A DNA stretch of 64,000 bases from Candidatus Doudnabacteria bacterium. Its GTDB lineage: Bacteria; Patescibacteriota; Doudnabacteria; UBA920. The position numbers and the translations under genes were made by a program. Location of the stretch: positions 11,330 through 75,329 of the forward strand of contig JARLHZ010000022.1 of assembly GCA_031291995.1 (NCBI GenBank), given 5' to 3'. Within the stretch, counting starts at the first letter, position 1, and each line of letters opens with the position of its first letter. The notes under the pieces were generated by a model, which was given only the letters and a program-made list of their open reading frames with translations, searched no databases and was not told where the DNA came from. Positions 8,684 through 17,195 of the stretch are shown piece after piece.

Positions 8684-8742
8684 TTGACGGGATGCGCGGT
8701 TTAAAATATACTTTAGTTGAACAGTTGAACTGTTCAACTAAA
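8684..8742 (+). promoter_or_regulatory. TA promoter with operator palindrome
   Basis: TTGACG-17-TATACT, followed by the perfect inverted repeat TTTAGTTGAACAGTT-G-AACTGTTCAACTAAA (8712-8742). Confidence 0.75.
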
Positions 8743-8762
8743 TATTAAATAGTCGTTTATTT

Positions 8763-9056
8763 ATGCCTATTGTTACCGTAAAAAATAAATATCAGGTGGT
8801 TATACCGCAGACTCTGCGGCAGCAGATTGGAGTTAATATTGGGGACTTAATGGAGGCCAAAGTGGAAAAGGGGAAAATTACTTTTACCCCAAAGACTCTT
8901 GTTGACAGCCTGGAAAGCCGGATTGCCGAGAGCATGGCAGACTATAAAGCCGGACGGTCTTACGGACCGTTTGAGACCGCGGATGAACTTATCGCGTCTT
9001 TAAAGGGTATGCTAAAAAAGCGCGCAGCTTTTAAAAAGAAACATAAGATTTTATAA
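8763..9056 (+). CDS. AbrB/MazE/SpoVT-family antitoxin
   Basis: VTVKNKYQVVIPQTLRQQIGVNIGDLMEA..GKITFTPK; C-terminal IAESMADYKAGRSYGPF. Confidence 0.85.
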   Translation: MPIVTVKNKYQVVIPQTLRQQIGVNIGDLMEAKVEKGKITFTPKTLVDSLESRIAESMADYKAGRSYGPFETADELIASLKGMLKKRAAFKKKHKIL

Positions 9057-9302
9057 ATGCGAGCCCGTTATTCAAAAGGATTTTTTGATGCGTTAGAAAT
9101 TGCTCCTGATGCAATAAAAAAAGCTTTTTTCAAACAAGTTCGTTTTTTGGTTGCCAATTTGCGACACCCATCTTTGCATGCCAAAAAATATGACGAAAGC
9201 GGCGATCTCTGGCAGGCCCGCGTAAATGACGATTGGAGATTGTACTTTACCATACAAGGAGACGAATACCGCCTGCACGACATAAAACCCCATCCAAAAT
9301 AG
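9057..9302 (+). CDS. RelE/ParE-superfamily toxin
   Basis: 81 aa, NLRHPSLHAKK...WQARVNDDWRLYF; abuts the antitoxin stop. Confidence 0.75.
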   Translation: MRARYSKGFFDALEIAPDAIKKAFFKQVRFLVANLRHPSLHAKKYDESGDLWQARVNDDWRLYFTIQGDEYRLHDIKPHPK

Positions 9303-9410
9303 GCCAACTTGGCCTATTTTTATATTGTTGAAAGGAATATACAGCAAAACGTGCCGTTTTGCCGAAGTTTTGCTATAATAGCAATTACTATCCTTTAACA
9401 TGTATTTATT

Positions 9411-11693
9411 ATGGCGAAAACCGTTTATCAGTCGGGCACCACTAAAGTCGTTGGCGTTATTTTTTTTATTTTAGTCAGCTTGAGCCTGCTTGCGCCCCTG
9501 TGGGTGTTTCGGGATCTGTTGTTTCCCTACGTGACCAGTAAGGCGTTTTTTTTCAGGATTTGCCTGGAGCTGGCTTTGCCGTTTTATGTTTATTTGTTGA
9601 TTGTCCGTCCCGAACTGCGTCCCAAATGGCGGCGGCAGTATTTGAACTGGTTGATGATTGTGTTTTTAATTTTGAATCTGGTTTCCGCCCTTTGGGGTGA
9701 TGTCCCGACCAGAAGCCTCTGGGGAAATTTTGAACGCATGGGCGGCGTTTATTACATTGCCCATTTAACATTGTTATATTTTTACGCGATTGCCCTGGCC
9801 CAAATGGGCGGGTCTTATTTTAAACGTTTTTTGCAGGTATTTTTAGCCGGCGCCATGGTGGTAACCATAAACGGAATTTTCGGCAAGCTTGGCCTGCCGA
9901 CTCTGGTAATGGATCCGTCCCTGCCGGTCCGCGTGTCCAGCACTTTAGGGAACCCGATATATGTAGGCAGCTTTTTAATTGTCCCGATGTTTTTGGCCAT
10001 GTTTTTTGGCGGCCAGGCGGAAGAGGCCTGGCAGAAGTACGGTTACTATTTTTCCGCTTTCTTATTTTTTGTGGGCATAGTGCTAAGCGGCACCAGAGGA
10101 GCCATGGTCGGCCTGATTGCCGGGGTATTTTTAGCCGCCGTTGCTTATGTGATTTTTAACCCCAGCCGCAAATTGAGGCTTTACGGCGCGGGTGCAATCG
10201 GTATATTTGTCTTGCTTTGCGCTTTATTGTTCGCATTTAACAGCAAGCTGCCGCAGGGTGATTTTCAGCGTCTGTTCCACTTAAAAGACAGCAACACCTC
10301 CGCCCGCCTGGTGCAGTGGGGCGTGGCTCTAAAGGGCTATAAAGAGCATCCCTGGTTCGGGGTCGGACCGGAAAATTATTACATTATTTCCAACAAATAT
10401 TACAATCCGGCTATTTTTGTGTTTGACCGCAGCTGGTTCGATAAGCCTCACAATTACTGGATAGAGGTTTTGGTGACCGATGGCGTGTTTGCCTTTATCA
10501 CATATTTGGGGATTTTGTTGTTGCTTGCCTGGGCGCTTTATAAAGGATACCGCGGAGGGTTTTTAACCCTGACGGAATTCTCCCTGCTTTTGGCGGCTTT
10601 GCTGGCCTATCAAATCCAAAACCTAACCGTATTTGACACCGTGCCGGCCAGCATCGCCTTTTACTGCCTAATGGGTTTGGCCGGATTTATTTGGGACGCT
10701 CAATTATCATCGAACGGCGGAAACGGCAAGGCCGCTCCGACGCCAAAGTTTAAACCTGCCGACCCTATTCTGCCCGCGGCCGCTTTTGGCGCGGCTCTGG
10801 TAGTTGCCGCTTATTTGGTTTACTCCACCAATATCGTACCGATGGAAATTGCCAAAGCCGTTAACTATGGATACGCCTACAGCAGCGTAGATCCGGCAAA
10901 GGCCGATGAATATTTCCAGCGCGCGGTAACTTTGCCGTTTAATTTTGACAAAACCCAGGTCGCCCAAAAATACGCGGAATTTTCCATAAACCTGGAACGT
11001 TCAGCAACTACTGCGACCCAAGCTACGGCTTCTAAGGTTAGCGATGAATCCATAGCATTTTTAAACGAGGCCTTGGCAACGGAACCGCAATACCCGATTT
11101 TATGGCAGGAATTGGCCGAGGTCTATTTGTTCAAGAATATTCAAAACGGACGGCTGTCCAGTGTGGATCCCCATGCCGAGATTGATATTCAAAAGGCTAT
11201 TGCCCTGGCGCCCGGGCGGGAAGAGCCATTAATAACCGAGGCGCAAATTCAGGCTTCGGAAGGGAACCTGACGGGTTCGGAAAATATTTTGAAAAATTTG
11301 GAAGCGGAGTTTCCAACCGATAACACCATTCCGGCGCAACTGGCTACCATTAACCGCTTGGGCGGGAAAGCGGACGAGGCGGCGGCGAGCATGCAAAAAG
11401 CTTTGGACGCCGGTTACGCCGTAACTTCGGCCAGCGAAGCGCAGTGGCTGGTGGATTATTATGGAAGTAAAAAACAGTACCCGCAGGCCCTGGAGCTGGA
11501 GCTGAAAATCCAGGCCATAGATCCGAATAATCCGGACGTCTTGCTCGGCCTGGCTCAGCTGTACGCGCAAAACGGGCAAAATACCGAGGCTATTGCCGCG
11601 GCTCGCGCGGCGGAACAGAGCGACCCGACCAAACAAAAAGAAATAGAAGCGTTTATTACTTCCTTGGGCGGCGCGGCTACTACAACTAAATAA
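9411..11693 (+). CDS. O-antigen ligase/O-oligosaccharyltransferase-like (Wzy_C) membrane protein with C-terminal TPRs
   Basis: About 12 TM; RVSSTLGNP, LSGTRGA, RLVQW..ALKG..HPWFGVGPENY, DKPHNYWIE; TPR-like tail. Confidence 0.85.
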   Translation: MAKTVYQSGTTKVVGVIFFILVSLSLLAPLWVFRDLLFPYVTSKAFFFRICLELALPFYVYLLIVRPELRPKWRRQYLNWLMIVFLILNLVSALWGDVPTRSLWGNFERMGGVYYIAHLTLLYFYAIALAQMGGSYFKRFLQVFLAGAMVVTINGIFGKLGLPTLVMDPSLPVRVSSTLGNPIYVGSFLIVPMFLAMFFGGQAEEAWQKYGYYFSAFLFFVGIVLSGTRGAMVGLIAGVFLAAVAYVIFNPSRKLRLYGAGAIGIFVLLCALLFAFNSKLPQGDFQRLFHLKDSNTSARLVQWGVALKGYKEHPWFGVGPENYYIISNKYYNPAIFVFDRSWFDKPHNYWIEVLVTDGVFAFITYLGILLLLAWALYKGYRGGFLTLTEFSLLLAALLAYQIQNLTVFDTVPASIAFYCLMGLAGFIWDAQLSSNGGNGKAAPTPKFKPADPILPAAAFGAALVVAAYLVYSTNIVPMEIAKAVNYGYAYSSVDPAKADEYFQRAVTLPFNFDKTQVAQKYAEFSINLERSATTATQATASKVSDESIAFLNEALATEPQYPILWQELAEVYLFKNIQNGRLSSVDPHAEIDIQKAIALAPGREEPLITEAQIQASEGNLTGSENILKNLEAEFPTDNTIPAQLATINRLGGKADEAAASMQKALDAGYAVTSASEAQWLVDYYGSKKQYPQALELELKIQAIDPNNPDVLLGLAQLYAQNGQNTEAIAAARAAEQSDPTKQKEIEAFITSLGGAATTTK

Positions 11694-11696
11694 GCA

Positions 11697-11724
11697 AAAG
11701 CGCCCCACTTAACGGGGCGCTTTT
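11697..11724. terminator. Bidirectional terminator between convergent genes
   Basis: AAAAGCGCCCC-ACTTAAC-GGGGCGCTTTT. Confidence 0.8.
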
Positions 11725-12848
11725 AAAATATGTTGATAAATTTTTTCGGTATCTTCCAGCATTTTTTGTTCATCGAATAGATTCGACCGCTCAAGCGAAT
11801 TTTGGGAAAGCTCCCGCATTTTTTCGGGATTATTAATCAGGAAACTAATGCCGCCGGCTAAAGCCCCGGGGTCTTCGGACTTTACCAGCATGCCGGCACC
11901 CCCCAAGGCTTCCGGGACACCACCGACATTTGTGGCTATAATCGGCAATCCGGCCTGTATGGCTTCCAAAATGGCATATGGAAAGCCTTCTTTTCGGGAA
12001 GGAAGGACAAAGATATCAAAAGCCTTTAAATACTTTGAGGCATCGCGGATCTCCCCTAAAAGCTTAATGTATTTTTCCAGACCATAATTCCTAATTCCTA
12101 ATTCCAAATTCTTTCTCTCCGCGCCATCACCCAATATTACTATCTGAAGTTTTGATATTATTTGTTCATCGATTTTTGCCGCGGCTTCCACCAAAACATC
12201 CAGCCCCTTGGTCTTATAAAAATTAGCCACGGTGCCAATAATAATTTTATCATCCGCGATTTTTAAACTCCGGCGCGCTTCCTGTTTATTCAGGAATTGA
12301 ATTTGTCCGATGCCGTTATGAATGGTGCTGATTTTATCCGGAGAAATTAATTTATTAGCCAGAGCCGATTGTTTGTCCGCCTCCGACACCGTAATAATAT
12401 AGTCGCGGTAATTGGAGGCCATTTTTTCCAGGGCCAGAAAAAAATTCCTTTTTGCCGCGCCCATTGGCTCGTTAAAAATAAAGCCGTGGGCGGTAAACAC
12501 CACTTTCGTTTTGCCGCCGAAAGCGGATCCTCTACTGGCGGAAAGCCCCACCGCGGCAAAGCTGCCAAGGACTCCGGCTTTGCTGGAATTTAAATGCACT
12601 ATATCCGGTTTTTCGCGTTCAATGAGCCGCCGGATTTCCCAGGCGGCCAAAAAATCGTTTAGCGGGCTAAGCGCGCGTTTTAAATGAGGTAAGTTGTATG
12701 TTGTAATTTGTAAGTTTCGGGCATCATCAAACAGCTGTCCGGCTTCGCTCCCGGCCGCAATACTGCCGCCAAAATGCCTGGCCAACCCCAAAACATACTT
12801 TTGCGCCCCCCCGCCATCGGCCTGGGTAATAATGTAAAGAATTTTCAT
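11709..12848 (-). CDS. GT4-family glycosyltransferase
   Basis: ITQADGGGAQKYV, PDIVHLNSSKAG, FTAHG, DIFVLPSRKEGFPYAILEA. Confidence 0.92.
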   Translation of the reverse strand: MKILYIITQADGGGAQKYVLGLARHFGGSIAAGSEAGQLFDDARNLQITTYNLPHLKRALSPLNDFLAAWEIRRLIEREKPDIVHLNSSKAGVLGSFAAVGLSASRGSAFGGKTKVVFTAHGFIFNEPMGAAKRNFFLALEKMASNYRDYIITVSEADKQSALANKLISPDKISTIHNGIGQIQFLNKQEARRSLKIADDKIIIGTVANFYKTKGLDVLVEAAAKIDEQIISKLQIVILGDGAERKNLELGIRNYGLEKYIKLLGEIRDASKYLKAFDIFVLPSRKEGFPYAILEAIQAGLPIIATNVGGVPEALGGAGMLVKSEDPGALAGGISFLINNPEKMRELSQNSLERSNLFDEQKMLEDTEKIYQHILKAPR

Positions 12849-12902
12849 TACGCTAATTGTAGCGGAAAACCGATTGATTTAAAAGGGGAATTATGATAAA
12901 TT

Positions 12903-13925
12903 ATGTTTATGATTACACCACAAAAGACCGCGCTAATTACTGGCATCACCGGACAGGACGGCTCCTATTTGGCCGAATTTTTGTTGGCCAAGGGCTACTC
13001 GGTCCACGGGATTATGCGCCGGGCATCAACATTCAATACCGGGAGAATTGAACAAATTTATCAGGACCCGCATATGTCTCATCGCCGTTTATTTTTGCAT
13101 TACGGCGATTTATCCGACGCGTCAAATTTAAACCAACTTATAAAAACCATAAAGCCCATTGAAATTTATAACCTGGGGGCGCAAAGCCATGTCAAGGTCA
13201 GCTTTGAAATACCTGAGTTTACGTCCAATGTGGATGCCTTGGGGACTTTGAGGCTTTTGGACGCGGTGCGAGACAGTGGAGTCAAAACAAAAATTTATCA
13301 GGCCGGAAGCAGCGAAATGTTCGGGGAGGCGCTGGAAAAGCCGCAGACCGAGAAAACTCCTTTTAACCCAGTTAGCCCTTACGCGGCGGCCAAAGTTTTT
13401 GCCCATCAAATGTGCAAAATTTATCGGGACAGCTACGGGATGTTTATTTGCAACGGCATATTGTTTAATCACGAAAGCGAGCGACGGGGGAAAACTTTTG
13501 TCACGCGAAAAATTACCGCGGGGATAGCCGCGATTTTAGCCGGTAAACAGGACAAAATTTTTTTGGGGAATTTGGACGCCAAACGGGATTGGGGATATGC
13601 TCCCGAGTATGTTAAAGCCATGTGGCTGATGTTACAAAAAAGCAAACCGGACGATTATGTAATCGCCACGGGGGAAACCCACAGCATAAGGGAATTTTTG
13701 GATGTGGCTTTTGGCCTGGTGGGCAAAAAAAACTGGAAGCCATTTGTTAGTATTGACCCGGCGTATTACCGTCCGAGCGAAGTTGACTATTTGCTGGGTA
13801 ATGCAGGCAAGGCCAAAAAACAGCTCGGCTGGAGGCCAAAGGTCAAATTTAAGGAACTGGTCCGGATAATGATGGAAGCCGATTTACGGGATGCGGGCTT
13901 AAATCCGGCACAGTATTTAATATGA
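12903..13925 (+). CDS. gmd: GDP-mannose 4,6-dehydratase (alternative start 12909)
   Basis: [48 protein letters not shown]. Confidence 0.97.
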   Translation: MFMITPQKTALITGITGQDGSYLAEFLLAKGYSVHGIMRRASTFNTGRIEQIYQDPHMSHRRLFLHYGDLSDASNLNQLIKTIKPIEIYNLGAQSHVKVSFEIPEFTSNVDALGTLRLLDAVRDSGVKTKIYQAGSSEMFGEALEKPQTEKTPFNPVSPYAAAKVFAHQMCKIYRDSYGMFICNGILFNHESERRGKTFVTRKITAGIAAILAGKQDKIFLGNLDAKRDWGYAPEYVKAMWLMLQKSKPDDYVIATGETHSIREFLDVAFGLVGKKNWKPFVSIDPAYYRPSEVDYLLGNAGKAKKQLGWRPKVKFKELVRIMMEADLRDAGLNPAQYLI

Positions 13926-14701
13926 AGCTGTTAACGTTGAATGTTTGGGGCGCAACGCGGGGCCAGGTGCTTTTTGATTATATCAGGGAGGAAGCCGAGG
14001 ATACCGATATTTTTTGTTTCCAGGAAATATTTTCCGCTTTGCCGGGCGCCCCTGAAATCAGCTCGGGCGGCAGGATGTTTTTATTTCAGGAGTTGTCCCG
14101 GATGTTGCCGGAATTTGCCGGATTTTACGACCCCCGCAGCAGCGAAGCGGATTTTAACGGCCCAATCGCGCAGCCAATCAGCCATGGGACAGCGATGTTT
14201 GTGCGCAAAAATTTGGAAATTTTAAATTATAGCGCGGAAATTATTGAGCAAACGCATAACGCTAATGATGCCGCGGAAGGCTGGACCAAAGCGCAAGTCT
14301 TAAAATTGGAACACTTGGGCGGGGCTTTTTTTGTTATAAATTTTCACGGCGTGGCACAGCCGGGCAACAAGCTGGATACTCCCCAAAGGCTGGCGCACGC
14401 GAAAAGGCTGAGGCTGATTTGGGACAGTTTGGATGGCGGGAAAATTTTGTGCGGGGACTTTAATATGTATCCGGAAATTGAGAGCATTAAACTTTTGGAG
14501 GAGCGGAGCCGAAACCTAATAAAGGAATTTAATGTTCAGAACACCCGTAATAATTTGTCCTGGGCCAAATATCCGGGCGGCAGGCAAACCTTCGCCGATT
14601 TCACTTTTGTCAGTTCGGAAATAAAAGTTAAAAATTTTGAGGTTCCGTATAATGAAGTTTCCGACCATTTGCCCATGATTTTGGAGTTTGATTTCCACTG
14701 A
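13922..14701 (+). CDS. Endonuclease/exonuclease/phosphatase (EEP) family protein
   Basis: [32 protein letters not shown]. Confidence 0.88.
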   Translation: MKLLTLNVWGATRGQVLFDYIREEAEDTDIFCFQEIFSALPGAPEISSGGRMFLFQELSRMLPEFAGFYDPRSSEADFNGPIAQPISHGTAMFVRKNLEILNYSAEIIEQTHNANDAAEGWTKAQVLKLEHLGGAFFVINFHGVAQPGNKLDTPQRLAHAKRLRLIWDSLDGGKILCGDFNMYPEIESIKLLEERSRNLIKEFNVQNTRNNLSWAKYPGGRQTFADFTFVSSEIKVKNFEVPYNEVSDHLPMILEFDFH

Positions 14702-14774
14702 TTACCAATAAACACAAATACTACCGGTTATCATTTTACGCCCATTTGAAAATTTGTGATTTGTCGTGAAGTAT

Positions 14775-15833
14775 ATGAAAATTCTCTTTTGCGGACTAAA
14801 GTATGAATATGGCAAGCCCTCGGCCGGTTTGTCTTTTGAATATCAAAATTTTTATCAGGTTTTAAATTCCATGCCGGGCATAGACTGCTCTCTGTTTGCC
14901 GTGGATGAAAAAATGTTGGAAGGCGGGCGGGAAGCAATGAACGCGCTGCTGATTAAAGAGGTTGAACTTACTAGTCCCGACTTATTGTTTTGCTTTCTTT
15001 TTACCGATGAAATCAAACAGAAAACTATCGAGCATATAACTAATCGTACCAAAACCAAGACTTTTAACTGGTTTGCGGACGACCATTGGCGACTGCCCAT
15101 TTATTCGCGATATTGGGCGCCATTGTTTACCATGGTCGGAACCACCGACTCCCGGGCACCGGCAAGGTACGCCGCATATGGCATAAAAAATGTGGTTAAA
15201 ACGCAATGGGCGGCCAATGTATCATTGTTCCGTCATGTCGGGGAATTGGAAAATCGGGGAATTGGAAGTTGCGATATTACATTTGTGGGAAAAAATTATG
15301 GGAAACGGGGAAAATATATTTCGGGGCTTAAATCGACCGGCCTTCCGGCCCGAGGTTTTGGCAAAGGCTGGGATGGCGGAATTGTCAGCCAACAAACTAT
15401 GTTGGAAATTTTTTCCCAGTCCAAAATCAACCTGAATTTTACCGAGAGTTATTTTACCTGGACCAACCAGTTGGCAAAGTTGCTTTTTAAAAAAAATCGC
15501 GGACGCTGGGCGTTAAGCTTCCATCCGCTTGACCAATTGCGTTCCTTGGCTGGCGCCAGGCGCCGGCAAATAAAAGGCCGCACCTTTGAAATTCCGGCCT
15601 GTGGCGGCTTTTTATTGAGCGGCGATGCGGACGACATCGGCAATTACTATGTGGACGGTAAAGAGGCAGTTATTTTTAAAAACGAGGCGGAGTTATTTGA
15701 AAAATGCCGTTATTACCTGTCTCATGATGCGGAACGCCAAGCTATCGCCCGAGCCGGACATGAGCGCACTTTGAGGGATAATACTTACGAAAAAAGATTT
15801 ACGGAAATTTTTAGGGCTTTGGGCTTAATGTGA
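14775..15833 (+). CDS. CgeB-like glycosyltransferase (GT-B)
   Basis: NWFADDHW, DITFVG, SKINLNF, QIKGRTFEIPACGGFLL, R.AIARAGHERTL...TYEKRF. Confidence 0.85.
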   Translation: MKILFCGLKYEYGKPSAGLSFEYQNFYQVLNSMPGIDCSLFAVDEKMLEGGREAMNALLIKEVELTSPDLLFCFLFTDEIKQKTIEHITNRTKTKTFNWFADDHWRLPIYSRYWAPLFTMVGTTDSRAPARYAAYGIKNVVKTQWAANVSLFRHVGELENRGIGSCDITFVGKNYGKRGKYISGLKSTGLPARGFGKGWDGGIVSQQTMLEIFSQSKINLNFTESYFTWTNQLAKLLFKKNRGRWALSFHPLDQLRSLAGARRRQIKGRTFEIPACGGFLLSGDADDIGNYYVDGKEAVIFKNEAELFEKCRYYLSHDAERQAIARAGHERTLRDNTYEKRFTEIFRALGLM

Positions 15834-15846
15834 TATTATAACTATA

Positions 15847-16788
15847 ATGGATTTAAAACGAGCAAAAATTTTATTGACCGGCGGCCACGGATTTTTGGGA
15901 GAAAAGGTCTACAGCGAGCTTTTAAAAGCGGGCGTTTTGGCTGGCAATGTAAGCCGACCCCGGAGTAAAGAGCTTGATTTTAGGCTGGCCTCAGCTTGCG
16001 ATAAAGCCGTTAGTGGGCGGGATTTGGTTATTCATTTGGCGGCCAGCGTCGGCGGCATCGGGTTTAACCAAAATCATCCGGGTCAATTATTTTATGATAA
16101 TGCCATAATGGGCATTAATTTAATCGAGGCTTCGCGCAAAGCCGGGGTTAAAAAGTTTGTACAAGTGGGGACTGTATGTGCTTACCCAAAAGTTCCGGAG
16201 CATATTCCGTTTCGTGAAGACGATTTATGGAAAGGTTATCCTGAAGAAACCAATGCCCCGTACGGTTTAGCCAAACTGATGCTTTTGGAAATGCTTCAGG
16301 CTTATCGGCGCGAATATGGCTTTAATGGAATTTATTTATTACCGGTAAATTTATACGGCCCCGGTGATAATTTTAAGCCGGAATCGTCCCATGTTATTCC
16401 GGCTTTGATAAAAAAATTTGTCGAGGCCGCCAAAAATCATAATTCGGAAGTTGTGGTTTGGGGTTCAGGTAAAGCGTCGCGTGAATTTTTATATGTTGAC
16501 GATGCCGCACGGGCCATTGTTTTAGCTGCGCGAAAATACGACAAGCCCTACCCTGTCAACATCGGATCCAGCAATGAATTAAAAATCAAGGAGCTTGTAG
16601 CGCTTATCGCAAAAATCACCGGGTTTAAAGGCGAGATTGTTTGGGACGCAGCCAAGCCCGATGGCCAACCCCGCCGTAAGCTCGACGTAAGTCGGGCCAA
16701 AAAGGAGTTTGATTTTATATCTAAAGTTGAGTTTAAATATGGTTTGGGGAAAACAATTGCATGGTATAAGCAAAATTACCATAAATAA
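15847..16788 (+). CDS. fcl: GDP-L-fucose synthase
   Basis: LTGGHGFLG, IHLAASVGGI, GTVCAYP, TNAPYGLAK, NLYGPGDNF..SHVIPALI, KPDGQPRR. Confidence 0.95.
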   Translation: MDLKRAKILLTGGHGFLGEKVYSELLKAGVLAGNVSRPRSKELDFRLASACDKAVSGRDLVIHLAASVGGIGFNQNHPGQLFYDNAIMGINLIEASRKAGVKKFVQVGTVCAYPKVPEHIPFREDDLWKGYPEETNAPYGLAKLMLLEMLQAYRREYGFNGIYLLPVNLYGPGDNFKPESSHVIPALIKKFVEAAKNHNSEVVVWGSGKASREFLYVDDAARAIVLAARKYDKPYPVNIGSSNELKIKELVALIAKITGFKGEIVWDAAKPDGQPRRKLDVSRAKKEFDFISKVEFKYGLGKTIAWYKQNYHK

Positions 16789-16816
16789 GCGGATTTACTA
16801 AAATTTTTGATACCTA

Positions 16817-16858
16817 TTGACACCTAAATACACCTCTTGATACAATTGAGGTGTATTT
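16817..16858 (+). promoter_or_regulatory. Promoter with an inverted-repeat operator straddling the -10
   Basis: TTGACA-18-TACAAT; AAATACACCTC (16826-16836) pairs with GAGGTGTATTT (16848-16858). Confidence 0.65.
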
Positions 16859-16871
16859 TTTTTGTATAATT

Positions 16872-17117
16872 ATGCCTGAAATAAAACCAAATGAAGTTTA
16901 TACTACGGAAGAAAGTCGAGTATTATTGAAGATTAGCAATAGCACCATTAAACGGATGCTGAAGAGTGGATTATTGCGTGCCAATAAAGTAGGAAAACAA
17001 TACCGGATTTTGGGACACGAACTCCTGAGATTGGTTTCGCCGGAAATTGAAGAAAAAGCAGTTGATGTTTACCAAAAAATTAAGACAACCGCCAGAGAAA
17101 AAACCAAAAATTGGTAA
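16872..17117 (+). CDS. Excisionase-like (HTH_17/MerR-like) DNA-binding protein
   Basis: VYTTEESRVLLKISNSTIKRMLKSGLLRANKVGKQYRI. Confidence 0.85.
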   Translation: MPEIKPNEVYTTEESRVLLKISNSTIKRMLKSGLLRANKVGKQYRILGHELLRLVSPEIEEKAVDVYQKIKTTAREKTKNW

Positions 17118-17195
17118 AAAATAATTGACAAAATTTTAAGACAGCAATTTTTGTCAGTTATATCAATTTTTTAAATTTTGTCATTGTAACTATTT

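Noticed and set aside
16872-17117. Prophage or ICE marked by an excisionase
   Set aside because: No integrase, att duplication or phage genes were seen; the tRNAs at 59.6-59.8 kb show no adjacent integrase.
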